A stretch of 64,000 bases of DNA from Vicugna vicugna (taxonomy: Eukaryota). The notes below the pieces were generated by a model. It saw only the letters and a program-made list of their open reading frames with translations. It was not told the DNA's origin and did not search any database. Shown in pieces: positions 13,903 through 26,489 of this stretch; the first letter of the stretch is position 1, and each line of letters begins with the position of its first letter. The position numbers and the translations under genes were made by a program. The stretch spans positions 1,674,001 through 1,738,000 of the forward strand of contig MU057711.1 of assembly GCA_013265495.1 (NCBI GenBank), given 5' to 3'.

Positions 13903-15760
13903 CCTTCCTGGAGCTCTCTCCTCACCCAGGCAGGAAGCAGGGCTGATCCCTGACCTGCCCCCCTAAACCAGGGAGCCTCAGTTTCCCCAGCTCTAAAGCG
14001 GGAGGTCAGGTTCAGAGACTTCCCAGGACGTTCTCAGTTCTGCTGTGGTGTGACCCTCACCCCAAGCTGAGCCAAGCCTTGCTGATGCCCCTTGGCAGCT
14101 GCAAAAGCCCCTCCTCCCCACCTCTATTGCGGTCACTCCCCAAGTCCCTGGGCAGCCAAGCTGAGCCTTCTGCACTGTCCCAGGCCTGGGTGTGTGTGGG
14201 GAAAGACAACCCACCAGGAGGCATGAGTCACCCCCACAACCCCCGTAGCCTGCCTGCGCACAGCACAGGGTCTGCTAATGAGCCTGCAGAGGCCTTGGGC
14301 AGAGGACAGAGGCTTTAGTGGTGCCATCTAAGCCCCACTCAACTCACCATTTACAGTTACTAACAGACATAAACTCCCCTCAGTGAGAGGGCGATGGGCC
14401 GTAAGCATCCTTCCTCTCACCCACTCTGAGGATGCTGGGCTTTAATTTCAGGGCGGATCCGGAGACCTCTGGACCCTGTAATGGCCATTCGCTGGTGATA
14501 ATTACAGGAAAAATGAAGGGCAGGTGGCCCCAGGCTCTTCTTGAAGGAGACATCCCCCATCCAAAGGCTCCCGTGCACCAGGGGAAGGTCTGAGTCCCCT
14601 TCACCACCCTGTGCCCACTCTTCCCCTGGCCTGTAGCTGCCCCAGGTGCAGCAGCTTAGAAAGCTCTCCAGTCCCAAGGCAGCAGCGGTGGCACCCAGCC
14701 TTCTGGAACAGAGCTCGTCTTCCATTGGATGGGAGAAATGGGGGCCCAGTGGAGGCCTGGGCAGCCCTTTGGCTGTGTCCCAGAGATACCTGCTCCCTCA
14801 GAGGCTCGGCCCCGAGCTGCAGGGTGGACACGGCCAAGCTGTGCGCAAGCTGCAGGGATGCTTCACGAGCCGTCTCACAGCCTGTCTTCTCTGTTCATGA
14901 AGGGGCCTTTCAAGAGGCCTCTTTGGGTGGGCAAGCAACCAGCGAGTGGGCATCCAGGGCTGGGGAAAGAATTTGGCCACACCTTTGGGACCTGACTGAG
15001 CTACCCCTCCACACCTCCCTCTCCGTCACCCCCACCTCCCCCTTCTCCCAACCCCCCATCTCCCATGCTGTGGACACATTTGCCCTGGAGCCAGGGAGAA
15101 CGGGAGAAGAACTGACACTTGTCCTTTTCCTTCCTAAGACACAGGGCCTGGCAAGTGGACAGGGTCCTGACCACAACTCCTGGCTGGAAGGATGCTGAGG
15201 ACTCCAAGGGTGCTCACCCCAAGGAAAGGGGGAGTCTGGACTAGTGAACAAGGCTTTTTCCCACCTGGATGGTTGTAAGGGTTGAGGGATGTCAGCTTTG
15301 GAACAGCCTGGAGGTACTCCTGCCCACCACTCAGCTTGGAAGGTGGGCTTTGGGAAGCCTGGCTGTGCCTTGGGGAGGGGGTGAGCCCATGTGCTGAATT
15401 GGGAGGCCACACACAGGCAAAGGGGGCATGGAGCACCCTTCTTGGAAGAGCCCCTTCCGCCTGCCAGGCTGGGACAGTGAGGTATCAGCCTCAGGAAACA
15501 GGACGCAACTTCCCACTGTACCCCAGTGACCCAGAAGCCCAACCTGTCCCCTCCAGATTGATCTGTCCCGTCGACTTGTCTCTACCCTCTGCTGAGGACC
15601 TGGGAAAACAGGTGCCTTGTCTTATTTGCCAATACCTGGTGCATAACTAATAATTCATAATTACAGATCAAACAAATGAATAAAGGACACACCTGAAACA
15701 CCTCGTTACCCACGTGCTCCCCGACTCCGTGGATTTCCCTTAGCAAACACCTCCTCTCGG

Positions 15761-15802
15761 CTCCCAGCCTGCTCCGGGGCCCTCCCAGCCTGCTCCGGGG
15801 CC
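15761..15802. repeat. Perfect 21-bp tandem duplication
   Basis: CTCCCAGCCTGCTCCGGGGCC at 15761-15781 and again at 15782-15802. Confidence 0.95.
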
Positions 15803-16260
15803 GTCCCACCCTCACTCTCTGTGAGCTCAAGGATTACAAATTAATCCTAATGTATTTGCTTGCACAAAACCTAATTAGAAAGGTAAATCTGAAAAAAAAA
15901 AAATAAAAGGTAAAACAATATAGAAACCCAAGGAGAGTGCCCTCTAGTCCCCAGAGCAGAAGAGAAGTTCGTTTGGGATTCCTCATTCTGTGGTGTCCCC
16001 TTCTCAGCTCAGATAAGGAGGAGACAGGTCCCTCTCTCTACCAGGCAAGGCCAGAGAGAAAGGCAGAGGATGGTTTGTTTCAAAAGGCAGCTGGACCTGG
16101 AATCCCACTGCGGAAGGGGGTCTTGGGGGCCATTTTCCCTGGCTTCCCGTTTCCGGGGCTTAGAATTTCAGATCCATTGGAGCCTCCCGCTAATGGTTAG
16201 ATATTTCTATTGGAAGGGATGAAAATCTAATTCCAAGTGGCTTGGGGGGGAAAAAGGCAA

Positions 16261-16321
16261 GTGTGCATGTGTGCACGCAGGTGCGCGCGCATGTGTGCAC
16301 GCAGGTGCGCGCACATGTGTG
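16261..16321. repeat. 24-bp tandem duplication of alternating purine/pyrimidine sequence
   Basis: GCATGTGTGCACGCAGGTGCGCGC at 16265-16288 and 16289-16312. Confidence 0.9.
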
Positions 16322-16329
16322 ATTGCAGA

Positions 16330-16770
16330 AATCACTGGGTTCTGTAACTGAAAGTCCAGAAGTAGGTAGGACTAGCAGAATACGGTGACTTAAAGAACTC
16401 TCCTATCCCCATCTGGTCTCCACATCTTCTTCAGCCTCCCTTCCAGGAACCAGCTTCTACTCTCCCGTTTTGGCGGCCAGTGGCAGCCAGGGTGTCTCCT
16501 AGAATGGGAAGTGGTTGGTGACTGGGCCTGATTGGCTTCTCTAGTACCATGTGGGCATCCATGAGCCAATCAAATGATCGGAAGGATTTGATCTCTGATT
16601 GGTCAGCCCTGGGTCACATGTTCCACCCTGGAGCCAGCAAGCAACATCCATCCCACCTAACGCCCAAGGACTGGAAGTGAGGGAGAGCGTGGTTTCCCCA
16701 AAGGAAGATAAGCAGAGTGTGTTTGATCCCATAAAGGGGAAAGGAGGCTGCAAAGCAATGGGAGATGTCC
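16330..16770 (-). mobile_element. Old MLT1 (J/K/L-like) LTR relic
   Basis: Repeated CTGATTGG/CCAATCA blocks and TGATTGGTCAGCCCTGGGTCACATGTTCCACCCTGGAG, typical of reverse-oriented old MLT1. Confidence 0.6.
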
Positions 16771-17637
16771 ACCATCAACTTGAATAATGAGAAGGAGATG
16801 GAAGCTTTGAAAGTTCAATGGCCAAGACAGATAAAGACATGGAGGTGGGAAATGAGAAACTGGTGCTGGGATGGGAGCTAAGACCCCAGCTGATTGCAGA
16901 AGAGGGCTCCGAAATGCAGATCCAGGCATATCACAATGTAGGCTTCATGGGCACATGGCTGAGGTGCTCATGGGAGGCGCTGAGCTGGATTTTGAAAGCA
17001 GCATCTGAGAATTCTCATTTTGGGGGACACCAAAGTGATGTGTCAGCCTTATGTTCTGCTTTCTAGGGGGAATAAAAGGATGCGAAAAGCAAAAGAGAAG
17101 AGGAAGCGGCAGAAAGATCATCTGATGGCCAGCGAGCTAAAAAGTTGTTACTATGTGTGCATCCTCCAAATCCACACTTACTTTGAGTTTTCTGGGGCAG
17201 CTGAGCTTACAAAAGAAAGCTTCAGGATAGAGTGGAGAACTGCCTTTTGGCTACGAGGCACTGGGGAGTGGCTGAGTTGGGGGGCAACTTTCAGGAAGTG
17301 TGCTTCTAAGGATCAATCTTAATTCAGTGCAGGGGCATTTACTAGGCCTCTAGTGTGTGCAGAACATGGGCTGTGTCCTACAGAGTCAATGGACAAGAGA
17401 AATGCCATACAGCCTCTGAACTGATGAGAGAGTCAGGCCCATCACTGTTGTGCATGGGACAGCATCATTCTGCCTACAGATCATCTCGTCAGTCGACCCC
17501 TGCAAAGGCGGAAATGCCCCCATTCCTCCAGAGGTCTCCTGTGCCTGACCCAGAGCCCTGTACATAGCAGCCACTCAGTCTGCGCAGCCTTCAATAAATG
17601 AGTGAATGAATGAGTTTCTCAATAATAATGGACATAA

Positions 17638-17727
17638 TGGAGGGGTGAGCATAGCTCAGTAGTGGCACATGGGCTTGGTATGCACAAGGTCCTGGGTTCA
17701 ATCCCCAGTACCTCCATAAAAAAATAC
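17638..17727 (+). mobile_element. tRNA-derived SINE (camelid Vic-1-like), short form
   Basis: A-box TAGCTCAGTAG, B-box GGTTCAATCC, A-tail; 13-bp TSD TAATAATGGACAT at 17623-17635 and 17728-17740. Confidence 0.88.
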
Positions 17728-17814
17728 TAATAATGGACATGATAAAGAGGGTTGCCATCAATTGAGCAATATTTATATGCCAAGTAGTTAAGAATTTTAC
17801 AAACCCAGTGACCG

Positions 17815-18060
17815 CTCATTTATGGTAAGTGATTTGTTGAGCACCTGCTATGTACTTCTGCTGGAAATACCAGTAGAGTGGAAGAAACCGAAAGCCACGC
17901 TCTCCTGCAGCTTACGCTGTGGAGAATATAGCCAACCCCATCTACAGATGAGGGAACTGAAGCTCTGAGGGATTAAGGCATGGTTGTGCAGATAGGAAAT
18001 GGGAAAGCTAGCACCCACCAAAAATTAGATTCAGATCCAAATCTTCCTGCTTCTAAAGTC
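17815..18060 (-). mobile_element. Adjacent L2 and MIR fragments
   Basis: TTTGTTGAGCACCTGCTATGT (L2 3' end, reverse) and CCCCATCTACAGATGAGGGAACTGAAGCTC (MIR core, reverse). Confidence 0.7.
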
Positions 18061-20139
18061 GGAACAAGCCAGCACTTGTTGTGTCACTAAGTAAAATACA
18101 AACCAAAGTCAATCATACAACCCCTGAAGAAGGCGTGATTACTTCTTATTTGCGTTGGGGGAGGTGAAGGCAGATGTTTCAGAGTGGGTGGCACTGAGCT
18201 GAAGGATGGTGGAGGCTTTCAGACCCTTGATGGAGGAGGAGGAAGTGTGGAAGAGGGTCCCAGGGAGGAGGAATAGGGTCAGGAAAGATCCAGAATGGGG
18301 AAGGCGCCAGGTGAGTCAGGCCACCGGACTGGTACTCTGTGGGGAGCAGATGTTCAAGAAGCGGAAAAGGCTGGATGGAGAGATATGGGCCAGCCCTCAG
18401 AGGTCTGGGAGGCCAAGGGTTTGCCCTCTTATAATAGGTACCATTTCTTAATCATCCGCTTGGTGCCAGGCTTGTGCCAGACACCTTCCTTGTATCATCT
18501 GATAGGACTATTACTTATACCATGTGTTACTAAGTGCTTATTGATAGTACAGTAGAGTACTGTTACTTGTACTGCTAGTAAGTATTTATTACTATTGTCT
18601 TAGAGCACAGCTGCTGTTCCCACTGTACAGATGGGGCAGCTGAGGCTGGAACTCAGGCAGCCTGCCTCCCACCAGGAGGATTCCTGCTGCGTGGAGAGCG
18701 GGGAGTTCCGGGGAGGCAGGCAGATGGGAGCCCTGCCTCTTTCTCCATCGCGCTGGCGCAGCTGGAAGGGGGCCGAAAAGGAGGCCGCTGCTCCGAGGCC
18801 CCAACCCCTTCCAAGCCCACGAACAGAGCAAGGAGCAGATGGGAAGTCGCCCACCCAGGGACCGGCTCCAAACCTTCCAGAAACTCGCAAACATGAAACA
18901 ATCAGAGATGAGAGAAGGCTTGAAAGCTACCGTTTTTAAAATAAAAGGAAATCTCATTGTAAAAGCCCTGGCAAAGATGACAAAAAAAAAAATCTTGTTA
19001 AGATCAAAAATGCAGCCAAACCTCAAAAAAGAGGTTTGGGATAAAGGGAGGGAGCAGGGGCTTTACCTGAGAGCTTCCAAGGGGGCTTCTGAAGCAGGTG
19101 AGGGCGGGGCGTCCCCAGCCTGAGCCCAGGTGGCCTGCCTCTCTGTCATCCCCTCCAGACACCTTTCATGTTCCCCTGACCAGGGCTGCGAGGCTGACAA
19201 CAGCGCCCAGACACTGGACACCCATTAAGTTTTCCAACTGGAAACTCATTTCTTCCACTTTACACTGAGGAAACTTGGAGTCCTTTCAAGACACAGAGAA
19301 TGGTGGGGTTCACAGGGTGCCTCCTCCCAGGACATAGGAGGAGGCCTCTTTTGGCCCTGCCCCACAACCCCGGAAAGTTAACTCTTCACCCAGGTGACAA
19401 AGTGCTGGCCTAGTGGGACGCCTGTGGCCAAAGCCCCATTACCTGCCCCTCAAATGGTCTTTCTTATCCTCAGGCCCCTGAGGAGCAGTTGACTGGACAA
19501 GGCCCAGCACAGCTCTAACAGGGCAGGCATTCTAGACGGATTTATTGAATAATATTTCCCAGAAATAACTTTGTCATGCCAGCCAGCAAAAGGGGGAAGT
19601 TGGAGAGTTAGAAGGACGAGAGCAGGCACCAGCCTCAAGGCTCCGCAAGACTCAACTAATCTTTCAGAGTCCCCCAGCCCAGCCTGAGGGCCGGAGGGAG
19701 GACAGTAGTTCTTACAGCTTCCGGCTAAGCCTTCCAGAGAGGAGGGTGTCATGGAGCAGGACAGAGGGGCCCCAAAGGACACAGGATGAGGAGAGGGCAC
19801 CTGTGTGTGTCTGCTGAGGTTCAGTACCAGGAGGGGAGCTGGGAAGGTGTGGCAGGATCCCCACCACACAGCAAACTGGGCTACAAGCACCTGGACGCAG
19901 GTGCCCACACTCTCCCGGACAACATAGGCTGAGTCCTCACCAGGTCCTCCCCTTGCCAGCCAGCGACCACGGGCGCATCACCCTCTGGGCCTCAGCCTTC
20001 CCAGCCAGAGGGTCCAGGCCCCCGCCCTGCCTGCCCTGTGCAGTGATGCCAGGGTCACACCAGGCCAAATGGGCTGGGCCTGCTGAGCCCCGGAGACAGA
20101 CCATGAACCATACACACTGTCAGAGTTGGGGGGTCAGAG

Positions 20140-20620
20140 ACAGGCAGAATGTGGGAAATAGGGAGAGAAACTGAAAGAGAACATCAGAGAGAGTCAGAGA
20201 CGGAGAAGGAGAGAGGGGAGTGAGGAGGGAGAGGAGGGGGAGGAGAGGGGGAGTGGAGGGGGAGAGAAGGGGGAGGGCAGACAAGGAGAGACTCCCAGAG
20301 AACCAGAGACCGAGAGAAACTGAGACCAGGGCAGAGGGACAGAGGGAGGGAGAGAGAGAAGGAAACAAGGAGAGAGTCAGAGACACACAGTAAATGAGAG
20401 ACAGAGAGAAACAGGCAAAGACAGGAGAAGGATGAAGTGAGAGACAATCAAGAAAGGCCCACAAAGACAGAGGGAGAGAGGCAGAGCCTGATGGGGAATG
20501 AGAGATGAGAAAGAGACTGGGAGAGAAAGAAGTGGAGAGACAAGGGAGGACGAAGATGAGAGTGACTGCCAGTCCCAAAGTGAGAGAGAACACGAGAAAG
20601 GCAGAGAGGACTCTGATAGA
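20140..20620. repeat. ~480-bp purine-rich (GA) low-complexity tract
   Basis: Plus strand is almost all G/A (GAGAGA, GGAGAG, GACAGA units). Confidence 0.9.
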
Positions 20621-20819
20621 AATCCCGCCCCCCCCCATGCGCGCATGCGCACATGCACGCACGCACACGCACAGAGCCGGAGGTCTGGGATCCTCAGCGC
20701 TGTCTGCTCGTCTGTCCCCATCGGGTCAGGGGACCCTGGCAGACACTCATTGCCTCCAGGAGGCAGCACTGGACAGCAGGGCCTGGACTCTGGATGAGTT
20801 TGGAGGCAGGTGTTGCAGT

Positions 20820-20945
20820 TAAAAGCGCAGGCCCTGGAGTCAGGCTGCCCGGGGCAGGGGAATCCAGCCCAGGACCTTCCGGCGTCGCTGGACCTCAGTC
20901 TCCTCATCTGTGAAATGGGAATCGTAACACAACCTATCTCAGCGG
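20820..20945 (+). mobile_element. MIR fragment
   Basis: GGCCCTGGAGTCAGGCTGCC ... CCTCAGTCTCCTCATCTGTGAAATGGGAAT. Confidence 0.8.
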
Positions 20946-22134
20946 CTTGCTGCCAGCTTCCATGAGCTGCAGCTGCAAACCCCTCAGCACTGGCCAGGCC
21001 CCCTTGAACACAGCCCTCGTCACCTCCATGGCCTTGGGCCTCTGCTGCCCACCCCATCTCCTTCTCTTCACCAGGATCCCTTTCAGCTCTGCGACCCACC
21101 CCCCCAACCCCCGCCTGCCCCAGGGAAATAGAGGCACCCAGGTCAGCCGCAGTTTCCATTCCTATGGACACCTGATGCTGCTAGCAACACCAAAGGCCTT
21201 CACGGGGTGGGGTTTCCCTGGGGCCTGTGTCCTCCTGCCCTTGGGACAGACCCCCACCCAGCCTGTGACACACTCCACAGCTCCAGCTTCTCAAAGACCA
21301 GGGAAATGAATGCCAAAACTCATATGTCTTCCCTTAAAATAAAAGTCCTACATGGACTGCCAGGAAGTGGAGGTGGGAGTGAATTGGGGGGCGAGTGGGT
21401 GGGGCAGGTGGGGCTCACTAAACCTGATGAGCTGCTTTTGCTCCTCAGAAACTTCAGTGCTCCAGTTTCAAGACAATTGTCAACCTCCTGGGACCCACAG
21501 CCAAGGAAAGGGCCAAGAGGTCAGGATAGAACAAAAGCGCAGATTCAAAAAAGCAAGATAGGTGTCAAGGGACCTGCAGGGAAGTGGCAGTTTAAATGTC
21601 ACCCCCTCTGAGAGGCAGCCTTCCCTGTCGGCTCTCCCCGGGGGGGCTCCCTCCATGTCCTGCTCTGAACATCATCATCCAGAGTGCATGTACTTCGTAC
21701 CTGCTTGGTTTTCTGTCTCCACTGATCGTGGGTGGGAACCCCATCTATTTTGTTTACTCTTGATGCTCTGTGCCTGGCACAGTGTAGGTGCTTTTGCAAC
21801 ACTTTTTGGAAGGAAATATGAGTCACTTCCAGTTAACAGAGAAGTGGGGCGGGCAGCAGATTAGGAGGTGGGAGCCTGGGAAGGGAGCAGGATTTGTATG
21901 TGGGGGAGCTGGGTTCCAGGCAAGGAGCTCCATTTGGTGGGAGTGGAGGTCACCAGGGTCTTGCCCTTCTGTCACTACCTGTGCAGCCTGGGAAGGTCCC
22001 TGCCCTCCCTGAACCTCTGTCTCCCCACCAGTAGAATGGGGAGATGGCACTCAAGTTTATGTGAGCCCCTGGCTAGGCTCCAGCCTGCTCTGTAATTGGG
22101 TGGGCATCATGGGTACTGAATAATTAAAAATTAG

Positions 22135-22215
22135 TATTATGATGAACCAAATGAAATTGGCTTTCTGATGGATCAAAATGGTCCAATATTGCAATTTCAT
22201 ATGGTTCAATCAAAA
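22135..22215. mobile_element. MADE2-type mariner-derived MITE (palindromic)
   Basis: TIRs TGAACCAAATGAAATTG (22143-22159) and CAATTTCATATGGTTCA (22192-22208) around a short spacer, as in the MADE2 consensus. Confidence 0.85.
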
Positions 22216-22649
22216 AAAATAACAATAATGATAATAATAATAAAGTTTTACAGGAACTTTGATAATATGGTCGATCTGACGTGATACAGAGTGGTCCCGT
22301 CTTTGCTTTGACCTCTGTAGTCTTGCCTGACTCTGGTGTCCTGCGGAACTGCTTATGGCCCAGAGCCCCAGCTGGCTGTCAGGCGGCTCTTCTCTATCTT
22401 GGTTGATAGGAGGCTAATACTCTGAAATCTTAGGTGTGATTTCAGCTCCGCTGGAGCGGTAACAATCCAGAGTCTGACATGTTGTGTGGCACAGCTGCCT
22501 GAACCACAGAGGCTCAGAGGAGGGCAACGTGGCTGTGGATGCATTGGGATGCTTCCAGCAGCAGCTAGGGCTTGAGCTGGGTTTTTAAGGATAAGTAGGA
22601 GTTGCATGGGGAAGGTGAATGACTCCAAAAGCATCAGAGAGCAGAGGCT

Positions 22650-23222
22650 GTATTAGTCCAGTGTGGTGCGTGTGGTGCTTCTCTTCCCAGAGACAGCATC
22701 ATCCCCAACCCCGTGGTTGACTAGGGGTCACCCCTCCCCCTCAGACCTCAGGATCTGGGCTGCACCATGTCTGCTGGCTCTGAGAGAAGCACGTGACCTG
22801 TCCCGGCCAATCAGCACATCCTACCTGGTGGCCAAGTGACTGTGTAGGTTAGGCCTGTGACTGAGCTGGTCCAATCAGGGAGCATCTCAAAGCTTTCCTG
22901 GGGATGCTGGACAAGGCCTCTGCTTCTTTTCCATGTTTTGGAGCCTTGAACAATGCCATCCCAGAGCTGCCGGTGATTATTATGTGAGCTTGAGGGGAAC
23001 ACTTGCACGACAGGGGCTCCAGCCCAGGAGGAAGGGAAGAAAAGAGCCAAGAAAGAGAAAGAACCACAGCCTGTGTGGCCACCTGAGCCTTATGTCAAGC
23101 TGTTTCTGAAGCAGGTCTTTTCTGGACACTTACATTCCATGAGCTGGTGAATCCCCTCTGGGCTGAAGGCAGCTGGGTGTGTGTTTCTGTCACTTGCAAC
23201 CCAAAGAGCCTGACTCATTCAC
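22650..23222 (+). mobile_element. Old MLT1 (K/L-like) LTR
   Basis: GCACGTGACCTGTCCCGGCCAATCAG, a second CCAATCAG, and terminal TTTCTGTCACTTGCAACCCAAAGAGCCTGACT. Confidence 0.72.
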
Positions 23223-23394
23223 AGACTATCTAATTCTAGCATCCACAGGAGACCCGCTCCTCAGCCTCCTGTTCAGGGCCCAGTTTCACAAATGGGCCTT
23301 TCTCCAGCACCACGTCTCCCACCCTCTCGCCCTCTTGGCCATCACCATACTTTCAGGTCTCTGGGAGAAGAAGCCCACACGGGCAATTGTAGAG

Positions 23395-23590
23395 CTCTTT
23401 CTGGGTGTTTTCACTTTACATGGCATCCTCACAGCCACCTGCAAGGAGGAACAAGGAACCCATTTTACAGATGAAGAAGTGGAGGCACACAGGTCCAAGG
23501 TCTCAGAGCCAGTTACACAGTGAGGCCACGCCTGGCTGATTTCAGAGGTCTGCTCCCTACGCCAGCCTCTTCTCAAATGCCGGCTTCTAA
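23395..23590 (-). mobile_element. MIR fragment
   Basis: CCCATTTTACAGATGAAGAAGTGGAGGCACACAG ... CCAAGGTCTCAGAGC. Confidence 0.8.
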
Positions 23591-26489
23591 TCAAGCGAAT
23601 TAATCCACAGGTTAGCCATAAACATTAGTCGAGCACCTTTGATTGCACCCATGCTTGGGCCAGCCTCTGACACAACCCCTAGAAGAAGGGGCATCCTAGG
23701 ATTAAGAAGGAGACCAGCTCACCCCACACAGGATCCTCATCAGTGTAACACTCGTGCTCAGGCTCTGAGGTGCCCACAGCCATGGAAGGAGAGCTTCAAT
23801 TCAATAAGGCCAACATCAGGGCCTCTGCTTCATGGAGGGGCACGTGGAGAACAGGCAGGATTCGAGAAAGGGGAGGGAGGATGAGAGTCTGGACCTCATG
23901 GTGGAAACAGCACTGGCCTTGGGATCAGGCAGACATGGGGTCAAGCCCATCCTTTCCAAGCTGTGTGACTGTGCCTGGCTGAACTTCAGGGAGGATAATG
24001 GTACGCCTTCCCTTGGCTGTTCCTTCTCCCTCCCAGCCCTGCTCCCCAGCAGCTGCCAGTGGCCAATGCCAGATCCACCAGGAGTCATCTGCTGGCTGGT
24101 TTCCTCCCTCCACCCCGACTGAACCGACCCAGTAGGGCTTTAGGTGCTGAGCTGATGGGACAAGAACACAAGGTAAGGACTGAGCTTGCAGTTTGGGAAC
24201 TGACCGTGCAGGCCGGGCCCCACACCTGTCCAGGACCTCCCAGATGGGAGCGTGGGAGGGCGGAGCTTCTCGATGGCATGGCTCGTGCACCAATCCCAGC
24301 ACCTGGAGCAGGGTCTGACAAAGAGTAGACATTCCCTACATCTTTGCTGCATGAAAGAATGAATGACCCTCACCCCTGGTAGGAAGTGGCTCTTCTGTAA
24401 GATAAAGAGACAGAGGTGAAGTTAGCATAGCTGCACACAGAGCTTTCCCCTGAGAGGCCATCACAAGGTGGGTTTGCAAAGAGAAGATACTTCTGCAAAG
24501 AACTTGAAGTTGTTAAAGCAGAAAGTTGGAAAGCAAGTGCTTTTAGAGGCCAGGCAGGTCATGGAAAGGAGGTTGGGGCCAGGTGTCGCCAAGGTGGATG
24601 GGTAGGGACTGTGGGCAGTCAGAGAGGCTGGTCACACCTAAAGGCATTCAGTCCACAAAAACTAACCAGCACTTATGCAGGCCAGGGAGAGGCCAGCTGA
24701 AGGCCACATCCAGCTCAGGGCCCCAGTGTGTGACTCTTGAATCTTGTTCCCCTTGAAGCCTAGAGGGAGGCCTGTAGGGACAGTGCCTTTCACGTGCGGG
24801 TGGCCTTCCCCATGACATCCAACTCCATCTGCAACTTTCATGCTTCCAAGGAGCCAAGAGCCCCCACTTTGTGAGGAGGGCGGGTTCCCTCTTTACTCCT
24901 CTTGCTGCCCTCAGAGTCTTAGCTGGGTCCCTGGGGCACCTGGTAACACTGTGCCTGGAGACCAGCCTTCAGGTCTGCGCACGTGCATCCAGATGTGTGG
25001 GACCCACTCTTGCGCACACAGGCCCAGATTTGAGCACCCGAGCACCTGCCCCCAAACACAAACTAAGGACCTGGACCTGGGCTCGTGCCCCTCGGTCCAG
25101 AGACCCCCAATCCAGGGAGCCCTTCCTGACCACTTCCTCTCACCCAGCACACGAGGTCTGCCCTCCCTCCTCCCAGCCTCCGTGCCACCTGCACGGACTC
25201 ATGGCATCCCCTCCTGCTGGGGATGGGAATTGTGACTCACCTCTGTGCCTTCAGCACAGGCCTAGCACAGAGCAGTGGCTGCCAGGTGTTTGCTGAGCAC
25301 ACAAGAGAGGATTAAGGAGCATCACAGAGACGAGTATGGGCCCTGGGTGAGAATCTCAGCACCGCCACCCACCAGCAGCACACCTTGAGCAAGTTCCTTA
25401 AAGGCCTCCTGCCCTCTGTTTTCCTGTGTGCGGAATGGGGGTAATCACAGTGCCTCTATCACGAGTCTGCTGGAAACAATCTGCGGGGAGATTCCGCAGT
25501 GTGGCTGGAACTTGGCTCTGCCTATGAGTGTTTGCCACTGTTGCTGCGCTGGTTGTAGCTGGGTGGGGACAGATCGAGGGACAAGAAATATTCCCTGCGG
25601 TCTCTGCAGGAAGGTGCTCAGCAGTGGGGCCAGACAGCAACCCCTCAAGTGTGCTGGCCCAGCCAGCCGGGCTCTCCCAGATTCAGTATTGACCCTTGCC
25701 TGTCCTGGGGTCCATGGCCTCTTCCCTGAGTGGCGCATGTGGTGAGGATGGGCAGGCCCTGCGGGCCAGATTGATTTTGAATCTTGTCTCTTACACAGGA
25801 AAAGGTCATGTTTGTGGGTGGGCATCCAGAGGCCTCTTTCCAGCGGGGTGCCCTGGCCGAGCCATGGGACTTCCATTAGCATTAATGGGGGGCTCTCAGC
25901 AGAGGGCTCCAGCTGGAGGTGCCGGGAGGCCCGGGTGTCTGTCAATGTGGAAATCATTCCTAATGAAGCTGCTCAGAGAAAGCCGGTCTTCAGGGCAGGC
26001 GGGGCCACGAGGGCAGTTCCAGCCTCTTCTGCCGATTGTGCTGAGAGCAAGTGGGGCTGGGATGTGGGGGACCAGGCAAAGACCCTCCGGTCACACTCAG
26101 CAGCCAGTCTGCAACAAAGCTGGAGCGGAAGTCTCTTTATCCACACATCCTCAGGCGGAGCTGCAACTGGCTGGGTGCTGGAACCTGTCAGGGACCAGAA
26201 AAAGTGGATCAGTGGGAGAAGCCGAGGTCTTGCCCCAGAAAGTGGGGCACAGATGTGCCCTCTCTCAGCCAGCCTCCACTCTCACTTGGGCGGGCCTGGG
26301 AGAGAGGGTTCCTGGAGATAGGTGTTTGGACCAGGCCCCCAGTCACCTTAGACCCATCAGTCAGGACCAGAGGATGCCCTGGCCCTGCCCAGACCCTCCC
26401 CACTGAACACCTTGCTTCTGGCTGCCCACTGGGCTTGGGATCCATGATTCAGAATCATGCCCAGTAGGGACCTCACAGCTAGCTGAATC

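Noticed and set aside
14611..15542. Cluster of 190-210 aa ORFs considered as a hidden exon or pseudogene
   Set aside because: Overlapping ORFs on both strands with GC-driven composition and no match to any protein I recognise.
20120..21171. Hydrophobic Leu/Ser-rich ORFs that look like membrane proteins
   Set aside because: They are translations of the GA/CT low-complexity tract.
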